Positions 11,309 to 21,658 of a stretch of 64,000 bases of DNA are shown one piece after another. Under the pieces are notes generated by a model. The model did not search any database, had not been told where the DNA came from, and worked only from the letters and a program-made list of their open reading frames with translations. Both the position numbers and the translations under genes were made by a program. Each line of letters opens with the position of its first letter. The first letter of the stretch is position 1. The stretch lies in IMG/VR virus record IMGVR_UViG_3300013307_000019; one strand, given 5' to 3'. This DNA comes from an uncultured virus (IMG/VR IMGVR_UViG_3300013307_000019) (lineage: Duplodnaviria > Heunggongvirae > Uroviricota > Caudoviricetes).

Positions 11309-11758
11309 ATGAAGACAATTAGACACATAAGAGCTAGAAACTGGGCATGGGTATCCGTGCTCGCAATTGTCGGTATCTGGTGGCCTGCCTTCATCATTTT
11401 CTCTCCACCGGACTTCTTGACCGATGCTGTAGACCCCAACATTCTTATCATTTGCATGTCGGTGGCATTGTTCGGCTCTATCGTCAAGATTTGCGGCTAC
11501 CTCGCATCCCAGCTTCCCGGTAAGGCCGGGGTGCTAGGAGTGTCTTCAGAACTCGTAGGCTTGATTCTGTCCGCTGTTGGACCCTTTACCTATCTCGCTA
11601 TCTCGACGTATACCTTCATGCACCCCATAGGGGACTTGAAACTGAACTCTGCTTTCATCTTCGCTTGCGCTGTAATTACCATCTACATTTATCGAGCCTT
11701 CATCATCGTGCCTAGATTCTTGTCTGAGGCACACGACCCTTCAAAGGATGACTCGTAA
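11309..11758 (+). CDS. membrane protein (4 TM)
   Basis: Hydrophobic segments; follows CGATAGT motif; possibly lysis-related. Confidence 0.65.
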   Translation: MKTIRHIRARNWAWVSVLAIVGIWWPAFIIFSPPDFLTDAVDPNILIICMSVALFGSIVKICGYLASQLPGKAGVLGVSSELVGLILSAVGPFTYLAISTYTFMHPIGDLKLNSAFIFACAVITIYIYRAFIIVPRFLSEAHDPSKDDS

Positions 11759-12180
11759 TGGACCTACTTAGCATCCTCCTGGGGGGCGGTGTTGGAGTAG
11801 CAATTGTCACATCTGTGTCGGTTATCACGCAGGTAATTCTAAACAAGAAATTGCGCACGCCCGCTGACCGTACGGCGGAAGTCACAGCAGTGCTCACTTT
11901 CTTCAAGGAAGGCATCGCGGACTCTCGCGCTGACCGTCAGGCGTTGGAAGAGACCACCAAAGACCTCCGTGACTATGTGGCGCAACTTGAGCGTGAGGGT
12001 AGGGAGAACTATGCCCTTCGCGTGAAGCTGGAAGACCGCATCACCGACCTTGAGCGCCGCATCAAGGAAAAGGATGAGCGTATCGCCTACCTTGAGAAAG
12101 AACTCCTGAAGTACACTCAGGTAGCTCAGGGAGTCGAAAATATTGACGGAACTAAGAACGCACATCAGGGCCGAGATTAA
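11758..12180 (+). CDS. membrane-anchored coiled-coil protein
   Basis: N-terminal TM then heptad-rich region; coupled by TAATG overlap. Confidence 0.65.
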   Translation: MDLLSILLGGGVGVAIVTSVSVITQVILNKKLRTPADRTAEVTAVLTFFKEGIADSRADRQALEETTKDLRDYVAQLEREGRENYALRVKLEDRITDLERRIKEKDERIAYLEKELLKYTQVAQGVENIDGTKNAHQGRD

Positions 12181-12203
12181 TACATTTTTGCTACACTGTG
12201 TAA

Positions 12204-12374
12204 GTGCCCAAGGACTTTGATGTAGAACCGTTTCGTGAACTCCTAGCGGAGGCGCGAGAAGCTTTTCTAACTGATTCGGCGTACGCAATCGCCATCGCAA
12301 GGCCTGCCGGGGCACTAGCCGCTCGCCGTCAAGCCAAGCTCCCGATTGGAGACTTGGCTTCGCCAGCCGTATAA
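12204..12374 (+). CDS. small hypothetical protein (56 aa, probably leaderless)
   Basis: GTG 6 nt after TACACT; MPKDFDVEPFRELLAEARE...; fills the intergenic gap. Confidence 0.45.
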   Translation: MPKDFDVEPFRELLAEAREAFLTDSAYAIAIARPAGALAARRQAKLPIGDLASPAV

Positions 12375-12381
12375 GTAACTG

Positions 12382-14061
12382 GTGACCTTGCTCTCCTTTG
12401 ACGTTCGAAACTTCTCCGACTCCACTCGTGAGGCTATGGCCGCGCGTGTGCGCGTTGCGCCAGACTTTGCCCTACCCAAACTAGACACCTGGAACTACTC
12501 TCCTTGCCGCAAACATGCCACAGGATGGGTTGAGACCTACTGGGATGCTGAGGCCAGAGAAGATCGTCAGCGTACGGTCTATGATCGTCCCGCGCCCGGA
12601 TGTCGTATGTGCGGTGTCAACTTCCGTCAGCACCAGAGAGTTGGCGTGGCCTGGATGTACCTCAAGAAGCGAGGTCTCCTGGCCGACACCATGGGTACCG
12701 GTAAGACGATGCACGCCGCAGGACTCCTAGCCATGCTTCACCAAACCGGTGAGATTCACGATGTGGGCCGAGCACTCATCATCCCTCGTGCTCCTGCCCT
12801 AGGCCAGTGGCAACACGAACTCTTGCGCGTTCTCCCAAATCTGAATCTTGCCACGACATCCAACATGAAGCCTGCCGAACGCATGGAACTCTACGCTGAG
12901 CCGTGGAGCACTCTTCTGATTTCTCCGCAGACGTTCAACAACGATCAAGAGATTCTGCGTCACAACTTCGACTTCTCCCTTGTCCTCACAGATGACATCG
13001 ATGCCATGCGGAACCGTCACACCGATACCGCAGTCAACATCAAGAGGCTTGCGCGAGAGTCCGACAGATTCTTCCTCATGACCGGTACGCCGCTACAGAA
13101 GCGGCTAGCAGAGCTATGGTCCTCCCTAGAAGAAGTGGGTGGCCGAGAGGCCTTCGGTTCTGAAGAGAGTTTCCTGAAGCGCCACCAGACCACAACCACG
13201 GTTCGTGAGTACGATGAGCGTACGGGACTGCAAACAAGAATTCGCTCAGTTCCCGCGTACCGTAACATGAACGAGGTCCGCGAGAAGATCGCACCTATGG
13301 TTCTTCGTCGCAAGGTTGAAGACCTAGCTGACGTAAATCTCCCCGAGGTCAACGTATCTGACGTGATGCTGGAACTCTACCCGGCACAGCGGAACAAGTA
13401 CGAGGAGCTTCGCCGTGGTCTTCTTCGCATCATGAAGGAGACCGGTGAGGAGACCAAGTTCATCACCGCCATGACTTCGATCAACTACGGTGCACAAATC
13501 TGTGGAGGTCTCGCAACTCTTGGTGAGCCAGACGGTCCCAACACGTCCGTGAAGATGGACTGGATTATGGACGCTCTCACCGGAGACCTTGAGGATGAGA
13601 AGGTTGTCCTCTTCGCCAACTACAAGAATTCCGTTCGCGCCCTACAAGATCGCTTCCGCGGTGCAGGCGTTGGATTCGAAACTGTATGGGGCGAGGAGAA
13701 TAGTCCCACCAAGCGTAAGGATGCTCAGGACCGTTTCTGGGACGACCCCAAGTGCAAGGTGCTTATTGGAACGCAGGCAATCGAACAGTCCTTGAACCTT
13801 CAGGTAGCCCGTCACCTGATAAATATGGACATGATTATGAATCCGAGCCGCATGGCTCAGCTAGCGGGTAGAATTAGGCGTGACGGTTCCGCATTCAAGC
13901 ATGTATTCGTGCACAACTTGCTGACTGTCAATACTCAAGAAGAGCGCTATCTCCCGCTTCTCGAAAGAGAAGCCGCACTCTCGTCTTTCGTGTGGGACGA
14001 GAACAATGAGCTATTCGCACAACTCAGCCCACTCGTATTGATGCAGTTGATTACAGGATGA
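12382..14061 (+). CDS. SNF2-family helicase-like ATPase
   Basis: LLADTMGTGKT, MTGTPLQ, VLRR, SLNLQ.A, QLAGRIRR motifs. Confidence 0.85.
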   Translation: MTLLSFDVRNFSDSTREAMAARVRVAPDFALPKLDTWNYSPCRKHATGWVETYWDAEAREDRQRTVYDRPAPGCRMCGVNFRQHQRVGVAWMYLKKRGLLADTMGTGKTMHAAGLLAMLHQTGEIHDVGRALIIPRAPALGQWQHELLRVLPNLNLATTSNMKPAERMELYAEPWSTLLISPQTFNNDQEILRHNFDFSLVLTDDIDAMRNRHTDTAVNIKRLARESDRFFLMTGTPLQKRLAELWSSLEEVGGREAFGSEESFLKRHQTTTTVREYDERTGLQTRIRSVPAYRNMNEVREKIAPMVLRRKVEDLADVNLPEVNVSDVMLELYPAQRNKYEELRRGLLRIMKETGEETKFITAMTSINYGAQICGGLATLGEPDGPNTSVKMDWIMDALTGDLEDEKVVLFANYKNSVRALQDRFRGAGVGFETVWGEENSPTKRKDAQDRFWDDPKCKVLIGTQAIEQSLNLQVARHLINMDMIMNPSRMAQLAGRIRRDGSAFKHVFVHNLLTVNTQEERYLPLLEREAALSSFVWDENNELFAQLSPLVLMQLITG

Positions 14062-14813
14062 AGATGACGAAGACTCGACCGCTTACCTCAGAAGAGAGGG
14101 CTCTAGTAGAAAACAATCTAGCCCTAGCGCAATATCTCTTCCACCGCCAATGGGCCAGGCTACGCCACAGGGCCGACTACGGTGTTGACCAATCAGACTT
14201 GCTTTCCCAGGCATACTACGGACTCATTAGAGCCGCATTGCGATATCGAGATTACGGGCAAGAGAATGGATATTCCGAGGAGAGCATTGCTTCCGGGCAA
14301 TTCTTTGGAGTGTTTGCCAGGAAGAGCATCAATGGTCAGATGCTTGACTACCTGCGAAAGCTTGACCACGTGCATACCCTGGTTCGAAAAGACTACAAGC
14401 TCCTAATAGAAAATGGCCTGGGGACGAATAAGAGTCAGGACGAACTAGCGCTAGCCGCAGACCTCCCCATTGAGAGAGTGCAGAAGGTCATTAAGCTAGT
14501 CCACGCCCGTCCTGTGAACCTAGAGGACTCCATGATCGGCTCTCCCGACCAAACGGTGGGAGAGCAGATTCATGCAGTAGGTGGAGTAGAGTCCTCCGCA
14601 CTAGAAGCTTCCCTCAGGGAAGCACTGGTAATTTGTCTAGACGAACTCCCTGAGGAGACTCAGGTTGTAGTTGTCTTGAAGTATTACGTAGGTATGGAGC
14701 TACCAGAGATTGCCGAAATGCTCCACGAAACCCTCACCAACGTTCGTCGGATGCACACCGAAGCGTTGGTATTGGTCCACGAGGCGTTTGTTTCTCGTGT
14801 CCAAGAGGCGTAA
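14058..14813 (+). CDS. RNA polymerase sigma factor (FliA/WhiG-like)
   Basis: LVENNL...DLLSQAYYGLIRAA.RY...F..FA..SI.G.MLDYLR region 2; region-4 HTH LPE...VVVLKYY.GMEL.EIA. Confidence 0.85.
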   Translation: MKMTKTRPLTSEERALVENNLALAQYLFHRQWARLRHRADYGVDQSDLLSQAYYGLIRAALRYRDYGQENGYSEESIASGQFFGVFARKSINGQMLDYLRKLDHVHTLVRKDYKLLIENGLGTNKSQDELALAADLPIERVQKVIKLVHARPVNLEDSMIGSPDQTVGEQIHAVGGVESSALEASLREALVICLDELPEETQVVVVLKYYVGMELPEIAEMLHETLTNVRRMHTEALVLVHEAFVSRVQEA

Positions 14814-14822
14814 ATAGAAGGT

Positions 14823-15263
14823 ATGACTCAACATTCCCTAGAAGACCTAATCGAGCAGTCGGGCCAGAACGCTGAGGACAAGGGGTTCCATGACGACGGC
14901 AACGTTATGCGCCTCATCCTAGACCACCTGGTAGACAACGAGGGTGGAGTTCTGATTCTGAAGAACGCCACCATTGAAATCCCAGCGGGGTTCTGGAAGC
15001 GACAGTACTCCGCGTATAAGGGCAACCGACAGTTCCTCATTGTGAGTGAAGTCGTAGAGGCCCTAGACGAGGTTCGCAATGACAGGCCATCTATCTACGA
15101 GGTAGATGGCAAGCCTGAAGGTTCCGCAGTGGAGCTTGCTGACGCTGTTATTCGTATCGCAGACTACACCTGGGAGTTCAAGGAGCCTGTCATCGAGGCC
15201 ATTGACACCAAGGCCGCGTACAACGCAAAGCGTGAAAGAATGCATGGAGGGAAGCTCAGCTAA
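14823..15263 (+). CDS. MazG-like NTP pyrophosphohydrolase
   Basis: SEVVEALDE...ELADAVIRI acidic motif; K..YNA.R..HG.K terminus. Confidence 0.8.
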   Translation: MTQHSLEDLIEQSGQNAEDKGFHDDGNVMRLILDHLVDNEGGVLILKNATIEIPAGFWKRQYSAYKGNRQFLIVSEVVEALDEVRNDRPSIYEVDGKPEGSAVELADAVIRIADYTWEFKEPVIEAIDTKAAYNAKRERMHGGKLS

Positions 15264-15508
15264 TGCCCGGTGGAATCAGTAAGCCCAAGCCGTTCAGTAG
15301 GGCCTCCGTAGAGATTTCCACGGAGAAGCGTGAATGGAAGTCCACACCCGTCTACTCGATTCAGGTAGGGGATTTGGTTCACGGTAACGGCAGAGGCACG
15401 GTCACTCAAGTATCCGACTCCCCAGAGGGAATCAGACTGTTCTTCCAAAACGGAAACTCAGAAAACTTCTCTGAAGGTGAGAGTCTTTTCGCATTCGTAA
15501 AGGTTTGA
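15263..15508 (+). CDS. hypothetical protein
   Basis: Coupled ORF in operon. Confidence 0.6.
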   Translation: MPGGISKPKPFSRASVEISTEKREWKSTPVYSIQVGDLVHGNGRGTVTQVSDSPEGIRLFFQNGNSENFSEGESLFAFVKV

Positions 15509-15509
15509 T

Positions 15510-16985
15510 ATGAACAATAAGGAACATGGCCGCAGAGTTCTTGGCGGTGTCATTCCTGCCCGTATCGACCTGTTCAGCACGGCTCTCAAGGAACTAACCG
15601 CAGAGCACTTCTCAGACACCACGCAAGTGGCTATCTGGAAGTTCCTTGAGTACTACTACCAGAAGACGGGGGGCGTCCTCACCAAGGGGGCGCTCTCCGA
15701 CATTCTGACTAGAACGATGTCTGACCCAGGTCGCATTGCGCTGTACGAGGAGACCTTCGCAGACCTCTTCAATCTCAAGGTTGACGACATGGACTTCATG
15801 TGGTCTATCCACGAGTTGAAGGAGGACTACGCTTCTCAGAAGCTCACCGCCGCTCTCGTGAAGGCCGCGGAGATTACGACTACGGGCGTGGAGCAGAAGG
15901 GTGGGGAAATCCTCAAGGGGCAGGAGGATGCCCGAGAGTTCCTAGCGGCACAACTCTCCGACATCGAGGTTGCCACCCGAGGGATGGAGACCCCGCATGG
16001 CAACATGCGTGACGAGGCTGACCTGATAAAACAAGAATATCAGGCCGCTAAGAACGCCTACGAGTCTGGCACGCAGACGGGTGTTCAGTTCGGTATCGCT
16101 GAGCTAGACGAGAAGGTGGGCGGTCTTCAGCGTGGCGACCTGGCGCTCTCTGCCGCCTACACAAACGACGGTAAGACGACGCTCTGTGTCCAGTTGGCAT
16201 GGAGCGCGGTAGTGGAGCAGGGTAAGAATGTCTTGTTTCTCTCAACAGAGACCGTCAACACGGTTATTCGCCGTCGCCTGATTGCCAGGCACTCCAAGAA
16301 TCCCAAGTTTCAGGACTGGAATCTTCCTGACGGATTGAACTCCAAGGCTCTGAAGAACGGAACACTCAGCCCTCACGAGGAAGAATTCTTCGATGTCATC
16401 CGCCTGGACTTCGCCAATCGCAAGAACGACTACGGTGAGCTAGAGATTTATCAGCTTCCCGAAGGTTCCAGCATGTCAGACGTTCGTCAAGTCATGATGG
16501 ATACCCAGAAGAAGTTCCCGATTGATCTTGTGGTGTGTGACTACCTACAGCTTCTTCGAGCCACTGCGCGCCGAGACACCAACCGAGAAAGCCTGTCAGA
16601 TGTCATTAAGGGCGCTAAGCAAGTAGCCGTGGCATTCAACAAGGGTCAGGGCGTGCCGTTTATTTCCCCGTGGCAGGTAAACCGTGCCGCTAAGGAACAG
16701 GCTGACCACGACGGCAGATACACAACCATGGCTATGGCGGAAACAGCCGAGGCCGCAAACACCCCAGATATCATCGTTTCCCTCCTTGCTCCGGTAGACA
16801 ACACCGACAGATACGCAAATCTGGCGGCGCAGGTTCTCAAGCACAGGGATGGGGAAACGGCAGACGGAATCCAACTGGCCGTGGATTACGCAACCTGTCA
16901 CTTCTCAAGTCGCGGTACACTAGATACGTTCTCTTCTGCACCTTCGGCTGGCGGATTCGGTGGTATCGACAGCCTTATCAATTAA
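15510..16985 (+). CDS. dnaB: DnaB-like replicative helicase
   Basis: GGLQRGDL...AYTNDGKT Walker A, LFLSTE, VCDYLQLL, QVNR, K.RDG motifs. Confidence 0.9.
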   Translation: MNNKEHGRRVLGGVIPARIDLFSTALKELTAEHFSDTTQVAIWKFLEYYYQKTGGVLTKGALSDILTRTMSDPGRIALYEETFADLFNLKVDDMDFMWSIHELKEDYASQKLTAALVKAAEITTTGVEQKGGEILKGQEDAREFLAAQLSDIEVATRGMETPHGNMRDEADLIKQEYQAAKNAYESGTQTGVQFGIAELDEKVGGLQRGDLALSAAYTNDGKTTLCVQLAWSAVVEQGKNVLFLSTETVNTVIRRRLIARHSKNPKFQDWNLPDGLNSKALKNGTLSPHEEEFFDVIRLDFANRKNDYGELEIYQLPEGSSMSDVRQVMMDTQKKFPIDLVVCDYLQLLRATARRDTNRESLSDVIKGAKQVAVAFNKGQGVPFISPWQVNRAAKEQADHDGRYTTMAMAETAEAANTPDIIVSLLAPVDNTDRYANLAAQVLKHRDGETADGIQLAVDYATCHFSSRGTLDTFSSAPSAGGFGGIDSLIN

Positions 16986-16995
16986 GGCCAACATC

Positions 16996-17241
16996 ATGCG
17001 CGACGTAATTCAACTAATTTTCTGGGCTGTCTTCGGATTCTTCATCACGTGGGGAATCTACTTTGCGTACGTTGGTTTCCGCCAGGTTCCGTCGTATAAG
17101 AATAGAAGGCTCGCAAAGACGGCATCTACGTTCGCGCTGGTCATAGGCATTATCTGGATTATGTTCTGGGTGAGCGCCGTCATCTTTAACGCTATTCAAA
17201 TTGCAGGAGGAACCCCATGGCCACTAGAGGAACCGCGGTAA
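16996..17241 (+). CDS. small membrane protein
   Basis: Two TM segments. Confidence 0.6.
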   Translation: MRDVIQLIFWAVFGFFITWGIYFAYVGFRQVPSYKNRRLAKTASTFALVIGIIWIMFWVSAVIFNAIQIAGGTPWPLEEPR

Positions 17242-17936
17242 TCGAGACTTTCTCTGAGCCTGTTGTTGAGCTAATTCAAGTATCCGGTGATGACACAGCC
17301 ATCGCCCGAGCCGCGTGGATTTCCACGGGCACAGACGAGCGTGAGAAGGAAGACGGAAGAATACCCGGACTTCTCAACTACCTCATGGAGAAGCGCCACG
17401 GCACGCCATTTGAGCACGCCTGGCTTACTCTTCGCATTGAGGCAGAGCTTTCCACGTTCTACGAGTGGCACCGCCACCGCACGCAGAGCTACAACGAGGA
17501 GAGCGGACGCTACAGCGAGCTAGCCCCCGTTTTCTACGTGCCAGGTCCAGACCGTCCTCTTGTGAATGTGGGAACTTCGGCCCGTCCCAAGATGGAAGCG
17601 GCTGACCCGGATGTTCACGCTTGGTTCGTGCAGGACTTGATGGAGTCCTACGAGTACGCCTACAACAAGTACAAGATGTATCTTGAGAGCGACATCGCCA
17701 AGGAAGCCGCCCGCTGGGTTCTCCCTGTAGGCCTCAAGAAGAGCATGTACGCCTCTGCAAATCTTCGCGGCTGGCTTCACTTCCTCAGTCTTCGGACGAA
17801 CGAGGAGTGGTCAACCTACCAGGGCCACCCTCAATACGAGATTGAGCAAGCCGCCAAGAAGGTGGAGGACATTCTCACTGAGCAGTTCCCTCTCGTGATG
17901 GAACTCTTCAACAAGCACGGCAGAGTGGCACCGTAA
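17217..17936 (+). CDS. thyX: FAD-dependent thymidylate synthase
   Basis: HGTPFEH, RHR..SYNEESGRY, EAAR.VLP, HFLSLR, Q.EI signature. Confidence 0.95.
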   Translation: MATRGTAVIETFSEPVVELIQVSGDDTAIARAAWISTGTDEREKEDGRIPGLLNYLMEKRHGTPFEHAWLTLRIEAELSTFYEWHRHRTQSYNEESGRYSELAPVFYVPGPDRPLVNVGTSARPKMEAADPDVHAWFVQDLMESYEYAYNKYKMYLESDIAKEAARWVLPVGLKKSMYASANLRGWLHFLSLRTNEEWSTYQGHPQYEIEQAAKKVEDILTEQFPLVMELFNKHGRVAP

Positions 17937-17989
17937 ATTCTTTACACGTAACACTTGACATCCTGAAGTCTGGGGCGTATAAAGGAGAC

Positions 17990-18472
17990 ATGCCAACCTG
18001 CGGAAACTGCCACCAGACGGGAATGACCGTCAACCACATTCGTGAGTGCTACGCCTCTGCCCGTTCTGTCACGCAGACGGTCGAGGTCTCCAACTTCGCC
18101 AAGCAGTACGCGGAGAGCCGGGATTACAAGCCCATGGCCATCGCTGAGGACAACTATATCCCGGCCTCCTGCTACGCGCTGGACACCCCCGCGGGCCTTC
18201 ACTTCTACCGAGTGAAGTACGGTAAGAAGGGCGGCAAGTGGGAGACCTTCGCGTTCGTGGAGCGCATGATCGGTCACCCCGGAGACTTCCTTTACACGCC
18301 GGTCAAGGGGGCCAACCGCATGGCTGTGCTCAAGCTCATTCGCATCGACCCCAAGGAAGCGGCTGTCCGCTTCTCCCGTGAGTATACGGTGTGCGCCGTG
18401 TGCGGCTCACCCCTTACCGACCCCGAGTCCATGGAGCGCGGACTTGGCCCTATCTGTGCTGAGAGGTTCTGA
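17990..18472 (+). CDS. DUF6011-like Zn-binding protein
   Basis: C-terminal CAVCGSPLTDPES..RGLGPIC motif. Confidence 0.75.
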   Translation: MPTCGNCHQTGMTVNHIRECYASARSVTQTVEVSNFAKQYAESRDYKPMAIAEDNYIPASCYALDTPAGLHFYRVKYGKKGGKWETFAFVERMIGHPGDFLYTPVKGANRMAVLKLIRIDPKEAAVRFSREYTVCAVCGSPLTDPESMERGLGPICAERF

Positions 18473-18696
18473 TGGAGACAGTTTGCCCTTGCGGTTGCGG
18501 TACCCCTATCAATACGGAGTCTGCCGAAGAGAAAGCGCGCTCATGGGTCGTGTCAACCCGAGAACTGGGACACAGAGAAATCTCTGTCGGTGACTTGCGC
18601 GATTTCATCCAGTCTGGGCCTATCCCAGGGGACGCGGAATTCCGCATTGAGCACAATGGCTACAGCGCCATTCTTATTGCGGAGTGGACGGCGTGA
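18472..18696 (+). CDS. hypothetical protein
   Basis: Coupled ORF with CPCGCG motif. Confidence 0.55.
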   Translation: METVCPCGCGTPINTESAEEKARSWVVSTRELGHREISVGDLRDFIQSGPIPGDAEFRIEHNGYSAILIAEWTA

Positions 18697-19730
18697 TGAG
18701 CAATCTCGACCTTGCCCTAACACAGGCACGCAACGGCTGGCCGGTCTTTCCCTGCCAGGAAGACAAGAGACCAAAGAAAGGTCTCATGGACTGGGAAACT
18801 GCCGCCACCCAAGATGAGGAGCAGATTCAGTCCTGGTGGAGGGAGAATCCTGAGTTTCTTGTTGCGGTGCCTCCCGGCAGACGCGGCAAGGCCGTCATTG
18901 ACATTGATCGTCACGATGGCAAGGATGACGGATTCGCCTCCCTAGAAGAGGCTGGCATCACTCTTCCACTCGCTTTCAACGCACCTTCTGTGTCTCGCAA
19001 GGGACAACACTGGTGGTTCGCCAAAGAGGTTGGCTCTGTCAACGGCATCTACCCAGGAGTAGACCGCAAAGCGCAGGGCGGGTACATCGTCACGGCGTAC
19101 ATCCTTCCGCCTCCTGACCAAATCGCTACTCCTCTTCCGGAGATTCTTTCCGCTGGCGTCCAAGCATCCAACGTAGAACGTCGGGACCTCTCCAATTTTC
19201 AGCTTAATGACTGGCTGAGGACCGTGGGAGCGGGAGACCCTGACGACGACATGTGGCAGGTTGTAGAGTCCTTCCTGCCCAAGGGCAATCAGCAGATGTC
19301 GGTCAAGATTGCCAAGGTGGTATCACTTGGTGCTCAGGGGCACCCCGGCGCAACAGTGGCACTTGACCGCATGAAGGATATCTGGCTCTCTGTTACGCAC
19401 TACTCCGGTGACCCGGATGAAGAATTTCAAGTCAACGTCCGGAGTGCCATCGAGAAGTTTGGTGAGCCGGTATCTCAAGAGGAAGACCCGGTAGAGGCCT
19501 TGAAGAAAGCTCTCACTCCTGACGTGACAATCAACCTGAACGAGTTGCGTGAGTCTTTGCGCCTCTACTGCACAAGCCTCATGCCCGACTGGGAGTCTCA
19601 CAAGTACATCGAGGATCGTTTCGTGCGATGCGTCTGCATCCTTCAGTACGTGCGGTCGGTGGCTGATGCGGAGATTTGGCGTGAGAAGACCAAGGTCATC
19701 ATGTCCCAAGTAATTTTCAATACTCCTTGA
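18696..19730 (+). CDS. bifunctional DNA primase/polymerase (Prim-Pol) domain protein
   Basis: GWPVFPC...KRP...AT.D..QI..WW, VIDIDRH, G.HWWF, GVD....GYIV. Confidence 0.85.
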   Translation: MSNLDLALTQARNGWPVFPCQEDKRPKKGLMDWETAATQDEEQIQSWWRENPEFLVAVPPGRRGKAVIDIDRHDGKDDGFASLEEAGITLPLAFNAPSVSRKGQHWWFAKEVGSVNGIYPGVDRKAQGGYIVTAYILPPPDQIATPLPEILSAGVQASNVERRDLSNFQLNDWLRTVGAGDPDDDMWQVVESFLPKGNQQMSVKIAKVVSLGAQGHPGATVALDRMKDIWLSVTHYSGDPDEEFQVNVRSAIEKFGEPVSQEEDPVEALKKALTPDVTINLNELRESLRLYCTSLMPDWESHKYIEDRFVRCVCILQYVRSVADAEIWREKTKVIMSQVIFNTP

Positions 19731-19755
19731 CACTCTCAAGTTTTGGGAGTACGCT
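19727..19755 (+). promoter_or_regulatory. host sigmaA-type promoter (class I)
   Basis: TTGACA-17-TACGCT followed by ACCAACCATAGGAGG leader. Confidence 0.75.
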
Positions 19756-19787
19756 CTAAGAAACGGCACCAACCATAGGAGGAAGCC

Positions 19788-20081
19788 ATGACTCAGTATC
19801 TCGTCGGTGAGACTGTCCAGTACGTGGACACCAAGGGCAACGTGAAGGCCGCAATCATCACGGCCACCCATGACACCATTCGGGACTTCGACCCCGAACT
19901 GGAAGAGGATCAGATCATTCAGCCCGCCGAGGGCTTCGCGCACATCGCCATCTATGGCCTGAGCGACCTCTTCCACACTCAGCCGCGTGCACAGGTGCCG
20001 TTCGAGGAGACCGCACAGGACATCCCGGACTTCACCATCGACGGTGAGCTTGTCGGCTACATCCGGAAGCCCCGCCTGTGA
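19788..20081 (+). CDS. hypothetical protein
   Basis: Strong SD, own promoter. Confidence 0.7.
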   Translation: MTQYLVGETVQYVDTKGNVKAAIITATHDTIRDFDPELEEDQIIQPAEGFAHIAIYGLSDLFHTQPRAQVPFEETAQDIPDFTIDGELVGYIRKPRL

Positions 20082-20479
20082 GCCTCCTGACTCTCACGCT
20101 TCTCGCAACTGACCGTCCTCATCCCGAGGGCGGTCGGTTCGTGGAGCAGTGGTTCTACAACGAGGTTTCGCAGAACTATCCGGCACAGCTTGTCTGGCAT
20201 GGACAAGAGTCGTTCATTCTGTCAGTCCCCGCCACCTTCTACGGCGTTGACTACCAAACCCCGTATGACCTTCACGCCGCCTCAGTCCTGTGGCTCGTGG
20301 GGTCTCTCTTCGCCCCGTTGGGAATCGATGTGCTCTGGCAGAACAGTGCACTTGACCACGGTCACCACCGGAACACCCAAGACTTGGAAGAGTTGATGGA
20401 CTCTCCCCAAGCCGCCGTCTGGCTGATTACAGAGGTTCGCCCTGCGTTCCAAGCTCGGTACACCGGAAGAACTTTTTGA
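20078..20479 (+). CDS. hypothetical protein
   Basis: GTGA overlap with upstream gene. Confidence 0.6.
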   Translation: MSLLTLTLLATDRPHPEGGRFVEQWFYNEVSQNYPAQLVWHGQESFILSVPATFYGVDYQTPYDLHAASVLWLVGSLFAPLGIDVLWQNSALDHGHHRNTQDLEELMDSPQAAVWLITEVRPAFQARYTGRTF

Positions 20480-20482
20480 GAC

Positions 20483-20511
20483 TTGACAGATGTGAGAACC
20501 CTGTGTAGTCT
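20483..20511 (+). promoter_or_regulatory. host sigmaA-type promoter (class I)
   Basis: TTGACA-17-TAGTCT; TACCAAC leader. Confidence 0.75.
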
Positions 20512-20539
20512 GTAAGTACCAACTGAAAGGAAAGAACAG

Positions 20540-21031
20540 ATGACCAGGAACCTCATTCTCTTCGACATTGACGGCGTGCTTGCTGACGACACTCACCGGG
20601 TGCCGCAGGCGCTTACCGGAAACTGGGCGGCGTATTTCTGGATGGCCACCGAGGACCCGGTAATTCTTGACGGTCTTGCTCTCGCAGTGGGCATGGCCGC
20701 TGACCCCAACAACGAGGTTCAGTACCTCACCGGACGCCGGGTGGACATGTACGAAGTCACCAAAGAGTGGCTGGGCAAGAACGGATTCCCCAACCCGGAG
20801 CGCATCACAATGCGTGGATTCGCAGACCGTGACATTCTCGCAAAGTACAAGGCCGGTGTCATCGGACACGCCCTCAACGGTGGCGAGTTTGACAGCGTTC
20901 ACCTGTACGAGGACGACCCCGCCGTGGTGAATTACGTCAATGAGGTACACGGCACTGAGGAAGAACCCGCGGCAACTCTGGTGCCCTGGGGTAAGAAAAA
21001 TCCTGCTATGGTGAAGCACGCTATCGCATGA
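20540..21031 (+). CDS. HAD-family phosphatase (PNK 3'-phosphatase-like)
   Basis: FDIDGVL, LTGR, T..WL, MR, EDD motifs. Confidence 0.8.
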   Translation: MTRNLILFDIDGVLADDTHRVPQALTGNWAAYFWMATEDPVILDGLALAVGMAADPNNEVQYLTGRRVDMYEVTKEWLGKNGFPNPERITMRGFADRDILAKYKAGVIGHALNGGEFDSVHLYEDDPAVVNYVNEVHGTEEEPAATLVPWGKKNPAMVKHAIA

Positions 21032-21058
21032 TCTACTAAAAAACAAACGGAGAAAAAC

Positions 21059-21658
21059 GTGAGCATTGTCGCCGCCTCAACCCCCCAGACCGACGCCGAA
21101 CTCTTTCAGACATACTTCCCGTACATTAAGTACCTGGTATCGCGTGCGCACATCCGCCCGGAGCACGTAGAGGATTACGCGATGATCCTCATGGAGAAGA
21201 TCATCGACAAGAAGTTGGTTTCGCAGTACGACGAGCACCACGTCAGTTCTGCAAACTTCAAGACTTTCCTCTCGAACTTCTGCAATGCGTACCTTTACCA
21301 CTTCGCAGAGCGTGACCGTATCGACAAGGGACGCTCAACGCTTAGTTCTGACATGGTGGTTCTCTATAACGAGAGTCACAAGTCAGGAGCAGAGGCAGGA
21401 ACCCCGCTCCTGGACTACCTGGGAATGGTGGTAGAACCGGATACTGAGAGTGTAGAGATTGACGAGCTTATCGCCAACGTTTTCAAGCACTTCGAGGAAG
21501 ATTCCAAGATGACGCTTTTCTTCGAAATGGTTCTCCTTCAGGTTCAGGAGCACGGACAGGTCATTGTAAAGGAGCTTGCGGAGCTTTTCGATGTGACCCG
21601 CTCAAGCATCCACAACTGGCTCAAGAAGTTGTACGTAGGATTCGAGTCCTGCCGGTGA
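21059..21658 (+). CDS. second sigma-factor-like / HTH protein
   Basis: N-terminal helical region with F.TFL..F (region 2-like) and C-terminal HTH KELAELFDVTRSSIHNW. Confidence 0.6.
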   Translation: MSIVAASTPQTDAELFQTYFPYIKYLVSRAHIRPEHVEDYAMILMEKIIDKKLVSQYDEHHVSSANFKTFLSNFCNAYLYHFAERDRIDKGRSTLSSDMVVLYNESHKSGAEAGTPLLDYLGMVVEPDTESVEIDELIANVFKHFEEDSKMTLFFEMVLLQVQEHGQVIVKELAELFDVTRSSIHNWLKKLYVGFESCR

